Positions 13,001-25,079 of a stretch of DNA of 64,000 nucleotides are shown here, in pieces; position 1 is the stretch's first letter, and each line of letters starts with the position of its first letter. Origin of the DNA: Guillardia theta CCMP2712 (lineage: Eukaryota > Protista > Cryptophyta); the NCBI RefSeq assembly GCF_000315625.1, contig NW_005434656.1:169741-233740 (forward strand). The letters are read 5' to 3'. The notes under the pieces are model-generated. The model worked only from the letters and a program-made list of their open reading frames with translations, was not told where the DNA came from and searched no databases. The position numbers were made by a program, and so were the translations under genes.

Positions 13001-16000
13001 TCTCCGGCCATGGAATTGTTTGTGACATTTAGAATGAGAGTAGATCGCGACCAATCGAAGGCATGGAGCGAGAGGAAAGCAGACGCGTTCCCTTCGATCG
13101 TCGACACGACAGTCTTGTCTGGGTCTGTTCCATTGAGACCGGAGACAAGAAGGACCCCACCTTGCAGGAGCGACGCGCTTGTAGAGAAGGAGACGGAGAT
13201 GGTGTTGGCAGCCGCAGCTGAGGCATTGCTCTGCCAGCTGCTGGCAGAAAGAAACTGAGCGATCAGCAGGGGAGCCGCATCTCCAGTGCTCGAGAGCATG
13301 GCCTCAGGCCCGATGGCGCTGTCATACGTCCCATGCTCGATAGTCAACAAGATGCTGAGGACCTGAGGCTGCTGCCCCTGCTCCTGGTTCCTGCCGTGCA
13401 CAGAGAAGACGATAGTCTGGTTGGCCAGGGACCCGTTAACAAAGAATAAGGAGAGGCTTGACGATGCAGCTTCCCAGCCTCCTGTCTCTGCCACTTCTAG
13501 ATTGCGACTGCCTGAAAAAATCTCAGCGCCGACAAAATCCGAGCTGAGATTGGTAGGACTGGACAATTGCACGAGATCAGTCTCAATGAGAAGCCCATTC
13601 ATGTTTGATATCAGGATGGAAGAGTTTCTGGTGACATCCACTGATATCTGTAGAGTGAAGGTCAAGCTGTTTGAGCTGTTCTGACTTGCTGAGGCCTGTC
13701 CTACGATTTTGGTCACAAAACTTGGAACGACAACCTTGAGAGGGAGCGAGCCGTTAGTGATTCCATCGCGGCTTTCTTGTACAACTTGCATGGTCTTAGA
13801 AGCGAAACTCGCAAAGGCTCCATTGGCAGTGATGGACACAGGTGCCTCGACCGCGTACTCTTGCGGCAAAGTCCATTCATCCGGCCGCGGGTTCCTGATC
13901 TCTGCCTTGAACGCGTACTGGACACCTGTCTGCATGATCAGGCCACTCCCGATAGTCAGGTAAAGAGTCTCGAACGCGCAAGAGGTACATCCCCAGAGGC
14001 CGTAGCCCACGTTGCCTGACGCATCCTGGAAGAGCAGCTCTGCGCTGTTGCCGTTGGTCACGGGCAGCAGCGTGACGGGAGAGGCAGCCTTGGCCCCGGT
14101 GAGCGGCTTGATGGTGATGGAGGCTCCGTCGACGTTCTCTAAGTTGATGTTGGTCTGTAGGGTGACATACAGGTAGTTGCTCGCGCCGCTCAGACATGTG
14201 CTTTGAGCAATGATGGCCGTTACAAACTCTGGGACAAGAACCCTCAGGGTGTCTGACCCGCGCACGACGCCCTTGATAGTGAGGCCGGTCTTGAGAGCGA
14301 GGACAGTCGCGATCGCTATCGGGCCCGACACACTGACTGTGACGTCCGGGGGCTCCTGGGCGTAGGTGGGATTGGTGACTGAGAATTGTAGAGAGTAAGT
14401 GGTGTCGGCCCAAAAGGTGCCATACTGCAGCAGCGTCAAGGTGTTGGTAGTCCACAGACCTCTCCTGTACTGACTTCCGTCCCAAAAGCGCGTGTCGGCT
14501 CTCGCACCGATTAGCCCATAGTTCAACGATATCGGAGATGTGGCGATGGCACCTGACAAGTTGCCGACGGTCATGACAGCATCTCCTGTGCTGAGGTCTA
14601 CATTGACGGAGAATATGAAGTAGATCGTGTTCAGAGCTCCTGATACGGGAGTGTTCTGAGTGAGGGTCTTGACGTTGAATTTTCCTATTCTCATCGGCCT
14701 CAAGTTTTTGGACGTTGGTATCGACATTGTTGTCCCCGGCGATGAATCTCCTGACGCCCATACTTGGATCGCTGGTTCGTTCTGCCCCGTGACCCCATTG
14801 GTGAGGTTGAATGAGAAGCTGTACATGGTGCCGGCCTGGGAGTCTGCGATGACGGTCAAGATCAGCATCTGAGTGGAGACGTTGTTGATCCATTCACAAG
14901 AATCGCCGAAGATCAGAGTAGAATCGCTGTTCTGTGTGTCAACCAGCTTCAGATTGCTCGTTGACGGCGTGTCGCTGCCAACCAGCCCAGAGATAGTGAT
15001 CTTTGTATTCTCGGACACAGTTAGAGATGCTCTCGCTTGGATGCTGACAGTGAGGGTGTTGACGGCTCCTGATGATGGCGTCGACTGCTGGATGTAAGCA
15101 TACACGAAGTTGTTCACGAGCAAGGGAGCAAGGTTGCCCAGGTCCTTCTCCATGTTTGACGGTGGGATGGGCGCGTTTGCAAACGTCGTGTCAATGACGC
15201 AGGAGATGTTGATGACAGGAGAGTCTTGGCCAAGTAGCGGGTTGACTAGAGGGACGATGATCGAGAAGTTGGTTCCAATCGTCATTCCATCTTGCACCAC
15301 CGATATGATAAGAATCCCGGAGGCATCCCAGTCCGCCGTGCTTGCAAAGACAGAAACAGGAGCAATGATGGAAAGTGAAGGATTGGTAGGTGTGTTTGTT
15401 TGATACAACCCAGTGATAGTAATAAAACTCTGTTGAGGAACATCACAATTGACCTGTAAAACGATGGTGATATTGTTTGGCTGTAAGTATGAAACGGTGT
15501 CTTGCTTGATTTTCTTTACAACAAAGTATGGCTCTATCAGGTACAAGGCGCTGGATCCGTCAGGTACGCCAAAGGCTGTCAGGTTAGAGAACGTTGTCAT
15601 GTTTGCGAGTGCATACGCTACGACCCCACTACCATTGATCGAGATCGAAGGCGAACTCTGTACAGATCCAAGATTACTGACATTGAACTCAAATTCGAGG
15701 ATATCGTTAGCCTGTATGGCAGCATATGGGCACAGAGCAAGATACAACATGTTGTTGGACAGATACCCTGTATTATTTCCTCCCAGGCAGAAAACAACAT
15801 CATTCGGTGTTGGACTGTTTACATCAATTTGAACATCACCAGGAGAAGGCAAGATTCCTTGCAAACCAAAAATTGTCAACGTCAAATTATCAGCCCCGGA
15901 CACGTCTACATTTGAGGCAAGAGTAACATGTAACACATTGAAGGCATTGATGAGAGGGACTGTTTGCCCAATCTGTCGAAGCCAAAGTTGAGGAACGATA

Positions 16001-19000
16001 ACGAACAACGGGCCAGAGGCATTTGATACCCCACGAATCGAGAACAGACTAGGATCCATAAACGATTCTGAGATATTGAAAATCCACGAGGCGGAAACAG
16101 AAACCGACTGAGTCTCCTGTGAGAAGGTAGGATTGAAAACTTGAAACGAAAAGCCGTACTCCGTCCCGGCTCCCATCGTCGCCCCCGTGTACACCGTCAG
16201 CTTCAGCGTCCCCCCGCTCCAGCTCCCTGTCCCCTGCGCCGAGCTCCCGTCCCAGAACAGCCCGCCCCCGTCGTTGCTCACGCTCGTCAGCGAGATCGAG
16301 CTCCCTGCGATGGCGTTGCTCAGCCCTGAGATCGTCACCACCGACCCCTCCAGCAGGTCGTAGTTGGTGCTGACGTTGACCGTCAGCGTGTTGGACGCCC
16401 CCGCGAGCGGGTTGGACTGGTAGATGCTCTTGAGCGAGAACAAAGGTACCAGCACCTCCAGCGGGTCGTACCCGTACGCCACCCCGTACCAGCTGCTCCC
16501 CGGCTTCGTCATCGCCGCTGCCGATATGCTTCCGACTACCCCCGCGTCTGCCGTGGAGTAGATCTGCCCCGCCACGCTGACCGACGGAGAGGACTGGTCG
16601 CTAGAGGGGTTGGTGAGCGTGAAGTACACCTCGCACGCTACCCCTGCTGCCGTCCCGCTCCCCGCCGCCGTCAGCACCAGGCTCCCTGTCCCCTGGCTCC
16701 AAGCCCCAGACGCCCCTAGCAAGCCCCCGGTGCTCGTCACTTGCAGCGCTGCGTTGTCCCCTGTGGCCGACCCCGTCAGCCCTGTCACCGTTACCGTAGA
16801 CCCCGCCTGCATGTTGTAGTTGGCCGTCAGCGTCATCGTGATGACGTTGGTCGCCCCCGCTACCGGCGTGCTCTGCTGGATCGTCTTGGCCTCGAACGAC
16901 GGTACCAACACCGTCAACGGGTCCCGCCCGCTCGCTACCCCGTACAGCGACGTGCCGGGCTTCGACATCTGGCTCTCGCCTATCCCTGCGTCGTACACCC
17001 CTGCCTCGATCGTCGCCGACACGTACACCGTCGGAGACGTCGTGTTGACCGCCGGGTTGACGACCACAAACGACAGGGTGTACTCCGTCGCGGCCGTGGT
17101 CCCTGTGCTTGTGAGCACCAGCGTGCCCGTCGTCTGGTTCCAGCTCCCCGTCGTGCCCCACCCGCCTGACCCGCCCGACACCTCGATCGCTCCGTCTCCT
17201 GTCTGCGTGCCCGTGAGGCCGCTGACCGTCAGCAGCGACCCCGAGCTCATGTCGCAGTCTGTCGCTACCGTGATGGTGAGGGTGTTGTTGGCCCCCGACA
17301 CCGGCGAGCTCTGCTGGATGCTCTTGCTCGTGAAGCTCGGCTCTACCACGTACAGCGCCCTCGCCCCGTACGTGACCCCGACAGCGCTGGAGTTGGACGC
17401 CGTCATCTCCGAGGCGCTGATCGACACGTTCCCGCTCGCCGCGATGCTCACCGACGGCGCCGCCTGCGCTACCGACGGGTTCCTCACATCGAACGAAAAG
17501 CCGTACTCCGTCCCGGCTCCCATCGTCGCCCCCGTGTACACCGTCAGCTTCAGCGTCCCCCCGCTCCAGCTCCCTGTCCCCTGCGCCGAGCTCCCGTCCC
17601 AGAACAGCCCGCCCCCGTCGTTGCTCCCGCTCGTCAGCGAGATCGAGCTCCCTGCGATGGCGTTGCTCAGCCCTGAGATCGTCACCACCGACCCCTCCAG
17701 CAGGTCGTAGTTGGTGCTGACGTTGACCGTCAGCGTGTTGGACGCCCCCGCGAGCGGGTTGGACTGGTAGATGCTCTTGAGCGAGAACAAAGGTACCAGC
17801 ACCTCCAGCGGGTCGTACCCGTACGCCACCCCGTACCAGCTGCTCCCCGGCTTCGTCATCGCCGCTGCCGATATGCTTCCGACTACCCCCGCGTCTGCCG
17901 TGGAGTAGATCTGCCCCGCCACGCTGACCGACGGAGAGGACTGGTCGCTAGAGGGGTTGGTGAGCGTGAAGTACACCTCGCACGCTACCCCTGCTGCCGT
18001 CCCGCTCCCCGCCGCCGTCAGCACCAGGCTCCCTGTCCCCTGGCTCCAAGCCCCAGACGCCCCTAGCAAGCCCCCGGTGCTCGTCACTTGCAGCGCCGCG
18101 TTGTCCCCTGTGGCCGACCCCGTCAGCCCTGTCACCGTTACCGTAGACCCCGCCTCCATGTCGTAGTTGGCCGTCAGCGTCATCGTGATGACGTTGGTCG
18201 CCCCCGCTACCGGCGTGCTCTGCTGGATCGTCTTGGCCTCGAACGACGGTACCAACACCGTCAACGGGTCCCGCCCGCTCGCTACCCCGTACAGCGACGT
18301 GCCGGGCTTCGACATCTGGCTCTCGCCTATCCCCGCGTCGTACACCCCTGCCTCGATCGTCGCCGACACGTACACCGTCGGAGACGTCGTGTTGACCGCC
18401 GGGTTGACGACCACAAACGACAGGGTGTACTCCGTCGCGGCCGTGGTCCCTGTGCTTGTGAGCACCAGCGTGCCCGTCGTCTGGTTCCAGCTCCCCGTCG
18501 TGCCCCACCCGCCTGACCCGCCCGACACCTCGATCGCTCCGTCTCCTGTCTGCGTGCCCGTGAGGCCGCTGACCGTCAGCAGCGACCCCGAGCTCATGTC
18601 GCAGTCTGTCGCTACCGTGATGGTGAGGGTGTTGTTGGCCCCCGACACCGGCGAGCTCTGCTGGATGCTCTTGCTCGTGAAGCTCGGCTCTACCACGTAC
18701 AGCGCCCTCGCCCCGTACGTGACCCCGACAGCGCTGGAGTTGGACGCCGTCATCTCCGAGGCGCTGATCGACACGTTCCCGCTCGCCGCGATGCTCACCG
18801 ACGGCGCCGCCTGCGCTACCGACGGGTTCCTCACATCGAACGAAAAGCCGTACTCCGTCCCGGCTCCCATCGTCGCCCCCGTGTACACCGTCAGCTTCAG
18901 CGTCCCCCCGCTCCAGCTCCCTGTCCCCTGCGCCGAGCTCCCGTCCCAGAACAGCCCGCCCCCGTCGTTGCTCCCGCTCGTCAGCGAGATCGAGCTCCCT

Positions 19001-22000
19001 GCGATGGCGTTGCTCAGCCCTGATATCGTCACCACCGACCCCTCCAGCAGGTCGTAGTTGGTGCTGACGTTGACCGTCAGCGTGTTGGACGCCCCCGCGA
19101 GCGGGTTGGACTGGTAGATGCTCTTGAGCGAGAACAAAGGTACCAGCACCTCCAGCGGGTCGTACCCGTACGCCACCCCGTACCAGCTGCTCCCCGGCTT
19201 CGTCATCGCCGCTGCCGATATGCTTCCGACTACCCCCGCGTCTGCCGTGGAGTAGATCTGCCCCGCCACGCTGACCGACGGAGAGGACTGGTCGCTAGAG
19301 GGGTTGGTGAGCGTGAAGTACACCTCGCACGCTACCCCTGCTGCCGTCCCGCTCCCCGCCGCCGTCAGCACCAGGCTCCCTGTCCCCTGGCTCCAAGCCC
19401 CAGACGCCCCTAGCAAGCCCCCGGTGCTCGTCACTTGCAGCGCCGCGTTGTCCCCTGTGGCCGACCCCGTCAGCCCTGTCACCGTCACCGTAGACCCCGC
19501 CTGCATGTCGTAGTTGGCCGTCAGCGTCATCGTGATGACGTTGGTCGCCCCCGCTACCGGCGTGCTCTGCTGGATCGTCTTGGCCTCGAACGACGGTACC
19601 AACACCGTCAACGGGTCCCGCCCGCTCGCTACCCCGTACAGCGACGTGCCGGGCTTCGACATCTGGCTCTCGCCTATCCCCGCGTCGTACACCCCTGCCT
19701 CGATCGTCGCCGACACGTACACCGTCGGAGACGTCGTGTTGACCGCCGGGTTGACGACCACAAACGACAGGGTGTACTCCGTCGCGGCCGTGGTCCCTGT
19801 GCTTGTGAGCACCAGCGTGCCCGTCGTCTGGTTCCAGCTCCCCGTCGTGCCCCACCCGCCTGACCCGCCCGACACCTCGATCGCTCCGTCTCCTGTCTGC
19901 GTGCCCGTGAGGCCGCTGACCGTCAGCAGCGACCCCGAGCTCATGTCGCAGTCTGTCGCTACCGTGATGGTGAGGGTGTTGTTGGCCCCCGACACCGGCG
20001 AGCTCTGCTGGATGCTCTTGCTCGTGAAGCTCGGCTCTACCACGTACAGCGCCCTCGCCCCGTACGTGACCCCGACAGCGCTGGAGTTGGACGCCGTCAT
20101 CTCCGAGGCGCTGATCGACACGTTCCCGCTCGCCGCGATGCTCACCGACGGCGCCGCCTGCGCTACCGACGGGTTCCTCACATCGAACGAAAAGCCGTAC
20201 TCCGTCCCGGCTCCCATCGTCGCCCCCGTGTACACCGTCAGCTTCAGCGTCCCCCCGCTCCAGCTCCCTGTCCCCTGCGCCGAGCTCCCGTCCCAGAACA
20301 GCCCGCCCCCGTCGTTGCTCCCGCTCGTCAGCGAGATCGAGCTCCCTGCGATGGCGTTGCTCAGCCCTGAGATCGTCACCACCGACCCCTCCAGCAGGTC
20401 GTAGTTGGTGCTGACGTTGACCGTCAGCGTGTTGGACGCCCCCGCGAGCGGGTTGGACTGGTAGATGCTCTTGAGCGAGAACAAAGGTACCAGCACCTCC
20501 AGCGGGTCGTACCCGTACGCCACCCCGTACCAGCTGCTCCCCGGCTTCGTCATCGCCGCTGCCGATATGCTTCCGACTACCCCCGCGTCTGCCGTGGAGT
20601 AGATCTGCCCCGCCACGCTGACCGACGGAGAGGACTGGTCGCTAGAGGGGTTGGTGAGCGTGAAGTACACCTCGCACGCTACCCCTGCTGCCGTCCCGCT
20701 CCCCGCCGCCGTCAGCACCAGGCTCCCTGTCCCCTGGCTCCAAGCCCCAGACGCCCCTAGCAAGCCCCCGGTGCTCGTCACTTGCAGCGCCGCGTTGTCC
20801 CCTGTGGCCGACCCCGTCAGCCCTGTCACCGTCACCGTAGACCCCGCTTGCATGTCGTAGTTGGCCGTCAGCGTCATCGTGATGACGTTGGTCGCCCCCG
20901 CTACCGGCGTGCTCTGCTGGATCGTCTTGGCCTCGAACGACGGTACCAACACCGTCAACGGGTCCCGCCCGCTCGCTACCCCGTACAGCGACGTGCCGGG
21001 CTTCGACATCTGGCTCTCGCCTATCCCCGCGTCGTACACCCCTGCCTCGATCGTCGCCGACACGTACACCGTCGGAGACGTCGTGTTGACCGCCGGGTTG
21101 ACGACCACAAACGACAGGGTGTACTCCGTCGCGGCCGTGGTCCCTGTGCTTGTGAGCACCAGCGTGCCCGTCGTCTGGTTCCAGCTCCCCGTCGTGCCCC
21201 ACCCGCCTGACCCGCCCGACACCTCGATCGCTCCGTCTCCTGTCTGCGTGCCCGTGAGGCCGCTGACCGTCAGCAGCGACCCCGAGCTCATGTCGCAGTC
21301 TGTCGCTACCGTGATGGTGAGGGTGTTGTTGGCCCCCGACACCGGCGAGCTCTGCTGGATGCTCTTGCTCGTGAAGCTCGGCTCTACCACGTACAGCGCC
21401 CTCGCCCCGTACGTGACCCCGACAGCGCTGGAGTTGGACGCCGTCATCTCCGAGGCGCTGATCGACACGTTCCCGCTCGCCGCGATGCTCACCGACGGCG
21501 CCGCCTGCGCTACCGACGGGTTCCTCACATCGAACGAAAAGCCGTACTCCGTCCCGGCTCCCATCGTCGCCCCCGTGTACACCGTCAGCTTCAGCGTCCC
21601 CCCGCTCCAGCTCCCTGTCCCCTGCGCCGAGCTCCCGTCCCAGAACAGCCCGCCCCCGTCGTTGCTCCCGCTCGTCAGCGAGATCGAGCTCCCTGCGATG
21701 GCGTTGCTCAGCCCTGAGATCGTCACCACCGACCCCTCCAGCAGGTCGTAGTTGGTGCTGACGTTGACCGTCAGCGTGTTGGACGCCCCCGCGAGCGGGT
21801 TGGACTGGTAGATGCTCTTGAGCGAGAACAAAGGTACCAGCACCTCCAGCGGGTCGTACCCGTACGCCACCCCGTACCAGCTGCTCCCCGGCTTCGTCAT
21901 CGCCGCTGCCGATATGCTTCCGACTACCCCCGCGTCTGCCGTGGAGTAGATCTGCCCCGCCACGCTGACCGACGGAGAGGACTGGTCGCTAGAGGGGTTG

Positions 22001-24594
22001 GTGAGCGTGAAGTACACCTCGCACGCTACCCCTGCTGCCGTCCCGCTCCCCGCCGCCGTCAGCACCAGGCTCCCTGTCCCCTGGCTCCAAGCCCCAGACG
22101 CCCCTAGCAAGCCCCCGGTGCTCGTCACTTGCAGCGCCGCGTTGTCCCCTGTGGCCGACCCCGTCAGCCCTGTCACCGTTACCGTAGACCCCGCCTGCAT
22201 GTCGTAGTTGGCCGTCAGCGTCATCGTGATGACGTTGGTCGCCCCCGCTACCGGCGTGCTCTGCTGGATCGTCTTGGCCTCGAACGACGGTACCAACACC
22301 GTCAACGGGTCCCGCCCGCTCGCTACCCCGTACAGCGACGTGCCGGGCTTCGACATCTGGCTCTCGCCTATCCCCGCGTCGTACACCCCTGCCTCGATCG
22401 TCGCCGACACGTACACCGTCGGAGACGTCGTGTTGACCGCCGGGTTGACGACCACAAACGACAGGGTGTACTCCGTCGCGGCCGTGGTCCCTGTGCTTGT
22501 GAGCACCAGCGTGCCCGTCGTCTGGTTCCAGCTCCCCGTCGTGCCCCACCCGCCTGACCCGCCCGACACCTCGATCGCTCCGTCTCCTGTCTGCGTGCCC
22601 GTGAGGCCGCTGACCGTCAGCAGCGACCCCGAGCTCATGTCGCAGTCTGTCGCTACCGTGATGGTGAGGGTGTTGTTGGCCCCCGACACCGGCGAGCTCT
22701 GCTGGATGCTCTTGCTCGTGAAGCTCGGCTCTACCACGTACAGCGCCCTCGCCCCGTACGTGACCCCGACAGCGCTGGAGTTGGACGCCGTCATCTCCGA
22801 GGCGCTGATCGACACGTTCCCGCTCGCCGCGATGCTCACCGACGGCGCCGCCTGCGCTACCGACGGGTTCCTCACATCGAACGAAAAGCCGTACTCCGTC
22901 CCGGCTCCCATCGTCGCCCCCGTGTACACCGTCAGCTTCAGCGTCCCCCCGCTCCAGCTCCCTGTCCCCTGCGCCGAGCTCCCGTCCCAGAACAGCCCGC
23001 CCCCGTCGTTGCTCCCGCTCGTCAGCGAGATCGAGCTCCCTGCGATGGCGTTGCTCAGCCCTGATATCGTCACCACCGACCCCTCCAGCAGGTCGTAGTT
23101 GGTGCTGACGTTGACCGTCAGCGTGTTGGACGCCCCCGCGAGCGGGTTGGACTGGTAGATGCTCTTGAGCGAGAACAAAGGTACCAGCACCTCCAGCGGG
23201 TCGTACCCGTACGCCACCCCGTACCAGCTGCTCCCCGGCTTCGTCATCGCCGCTGCCGATATGCTTCCGACTACCCCTGCGTCCGCCGTGGAGTAGATCT
23301 GCCCCGCCACGCTGACCGACGGAGAGGACTGGTCGCTAGAGGGGTTGGTGAGCGTGAAGTACACCTCGCACGCTACCCCTGCTGCCGTCCCGCTCCCCGC
23401 CGCCGTCAGCACCAGGCTCCCTGTCCCCTGGCTCCAAGCCCCAGACGCCCCTAGCAAGCCCCCGGTGCTCGTCACTTGCAGCGCCGCGTTGTCCCCTGTG
23501 GCCGACCCCGTCAGCCCTGTCACCGTCACCGTAGACCCCGCTTGCATGTCGTAGTTGGCCGTCAGCGTCATCGTGATGACGTTGGTCGCCCCCGCTACCG
23601 GCGTGCTCTGCTGGATCGTCTTGGCCTCGAACGACGGTACCAACACCGTCAACGGGTCCCGCCCGCTCGCTACCCCGTACAGCGACGTGCCGGGCTTCGA
23701 CATCTGGCTCTCGCCTATCCCCGCGTCGTACACCCCTGCCTCGATCGTCGCCGACACGTACACCGTCGGAGACGTCGTGTTGACCGCCGGGTTGACGACC
23801 ACAATCGACAGGGTGTACTCCGTCGCGGCCGTGGTCCCTGTGCTTGTGAGCACCAGCGTGCCCGTCGTCTGGTTCCAGCTCCCCGTCGTGCCCCACCCGC
23901 CTGACCCGCCCGACACCTCGATCGCTCCGTCTCCTGTCTGCGTGCCCGTGAGGCCGCTGACCGTCAGCAGCGACCCCGAGCTCATGTCGCAGTCTGTCGC
24001 TACCGTGATGGTGAGGGTGTTGTTGGCCCCCGACACCGGCAAGCTCTGCTGGATGCTCTTGCTCGTGAAGCTCGGCTCTACCACGTACAGCGCCCTCGCC
24101 CCGTACGTGACCCCGACAGCGCTGGAGTTGGACGCCGTCATCTCCGAGGCGCTGATCGACACGTTCCCGCTCGCCGCGATGCTCACCGACGGCGCCGCCT
24201 GCGCTACCGACGGGTTCCTCACATCGAACGAAAAGCCGTACTCCGTCCCGGCTCCCATCGTCGCCCCCGTGTACACCGTCAGCTTCAGCGTCCCCCCGCT
24301 CCAGCTCCCTGTCCCCTGCGCCGAGCTCCCGTCCCAGAACAGCCCGCCCCCGTCGTTGCTCCCGCTCGTCAGCGAGATCGAGCTCCCTGCGATGGCGTTG
24401 CTCAGCCCTGATATCGTCACCACCGACCCCTCCAGCAGGTCGTAGTTGGTGCTGACGTTGACCGTCAGCGTGTTGGACGCCCCCGCGAGCGGGTTGGACT
24501 GGTAGATGTTCTTTGTTGTGAATTCCTGCGCATCGATGAATCCAGGTATTAACAGCAACAACACCCCGTACCAGCTGCTCCCCGGCTTCGTCAT
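10040..24594 (-). CDS. Giant secreted/surface protein: signal peptide, ~27 beta-rich ~140-150-aa modules, chitobiase/beta-hexosaminidase C-terminal (Fn3-associated)-like domain, filamin-like repeats, PA14-like and Cys-rich C-terminus
   Basis: 4,588-codon ORF (10906-24672) plus 3' exons. MTKPGSSWYGVLLLLIPGFIDA/Q resembles a signal peptide. STPRFS...TQGAAIFYTLDESLP...YSGPF is CHB_HEX_C-like. GDHKVFVQL...GSPFLVSV and FIEARDEFGN are filamin-like. VHATYY...DRVKVWVDNSLIIDQW is PA14-like. Confidence 0.85.
16146..24506 (-). repeat. Coding tandem repeat, 1,347-bp (449-aa) unit, ~6.2 near-identical copies
   Basis: Identical shadow ORFs recur every 1,347 bp (16820, 18167, 19514, 20861, 22208, 23555), with only scattered substitutions. 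Confidence 0.98.
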
Positions 24595-25079
24595 CGCCGC
24601 TGCCGATATGCTTCCGACTACCCCCGCGTCTGTCCATCTCAAACTGGGAGCACCACAACATGTGCTTGTCAAGAATCTCTCTTCTCATCAATTTCAACGG
24701 ACATCAGTCGGATGACAGGCGGGGCGGGCTCAGCTCGATCTGGGATTTCAGTTTATATGTGTCTGATATTTCACGATCGGAGGACGATTGTCCTGCGCCT
24801 TCCCCGAACATTTTACAATAGTTTTACACACAAAAAAGGATCCAAAAAAATCCGGGGTGTCGTGCCGCACCGCCGTAACTAAAACTTAAAAACGTTTTAT
24901 ATGTGCGATATCGGTACCTCACCCACCGGTCAGCTATGAAGAGAGGGGGTACTCACGTCCGTGCCCCGTAATAAATGATACCTATTTATACCATGGATCC
25001 CCTCCTACGAGTCCTAGAAGGCTGTCCTGCGGAGTAGCAGCCGGCGAGTACTTGAAGGACAGGGACAGTGAGAGGATCG

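Noticed and set aside
16601-24445. Recurring 296-, 186-, 142- and 69-aa ORFs in other frames of the array
   Set aside because: Shadow ORFs of a GC-rich coding repeat. They recur with the 1,347-bp period and have no independent features.
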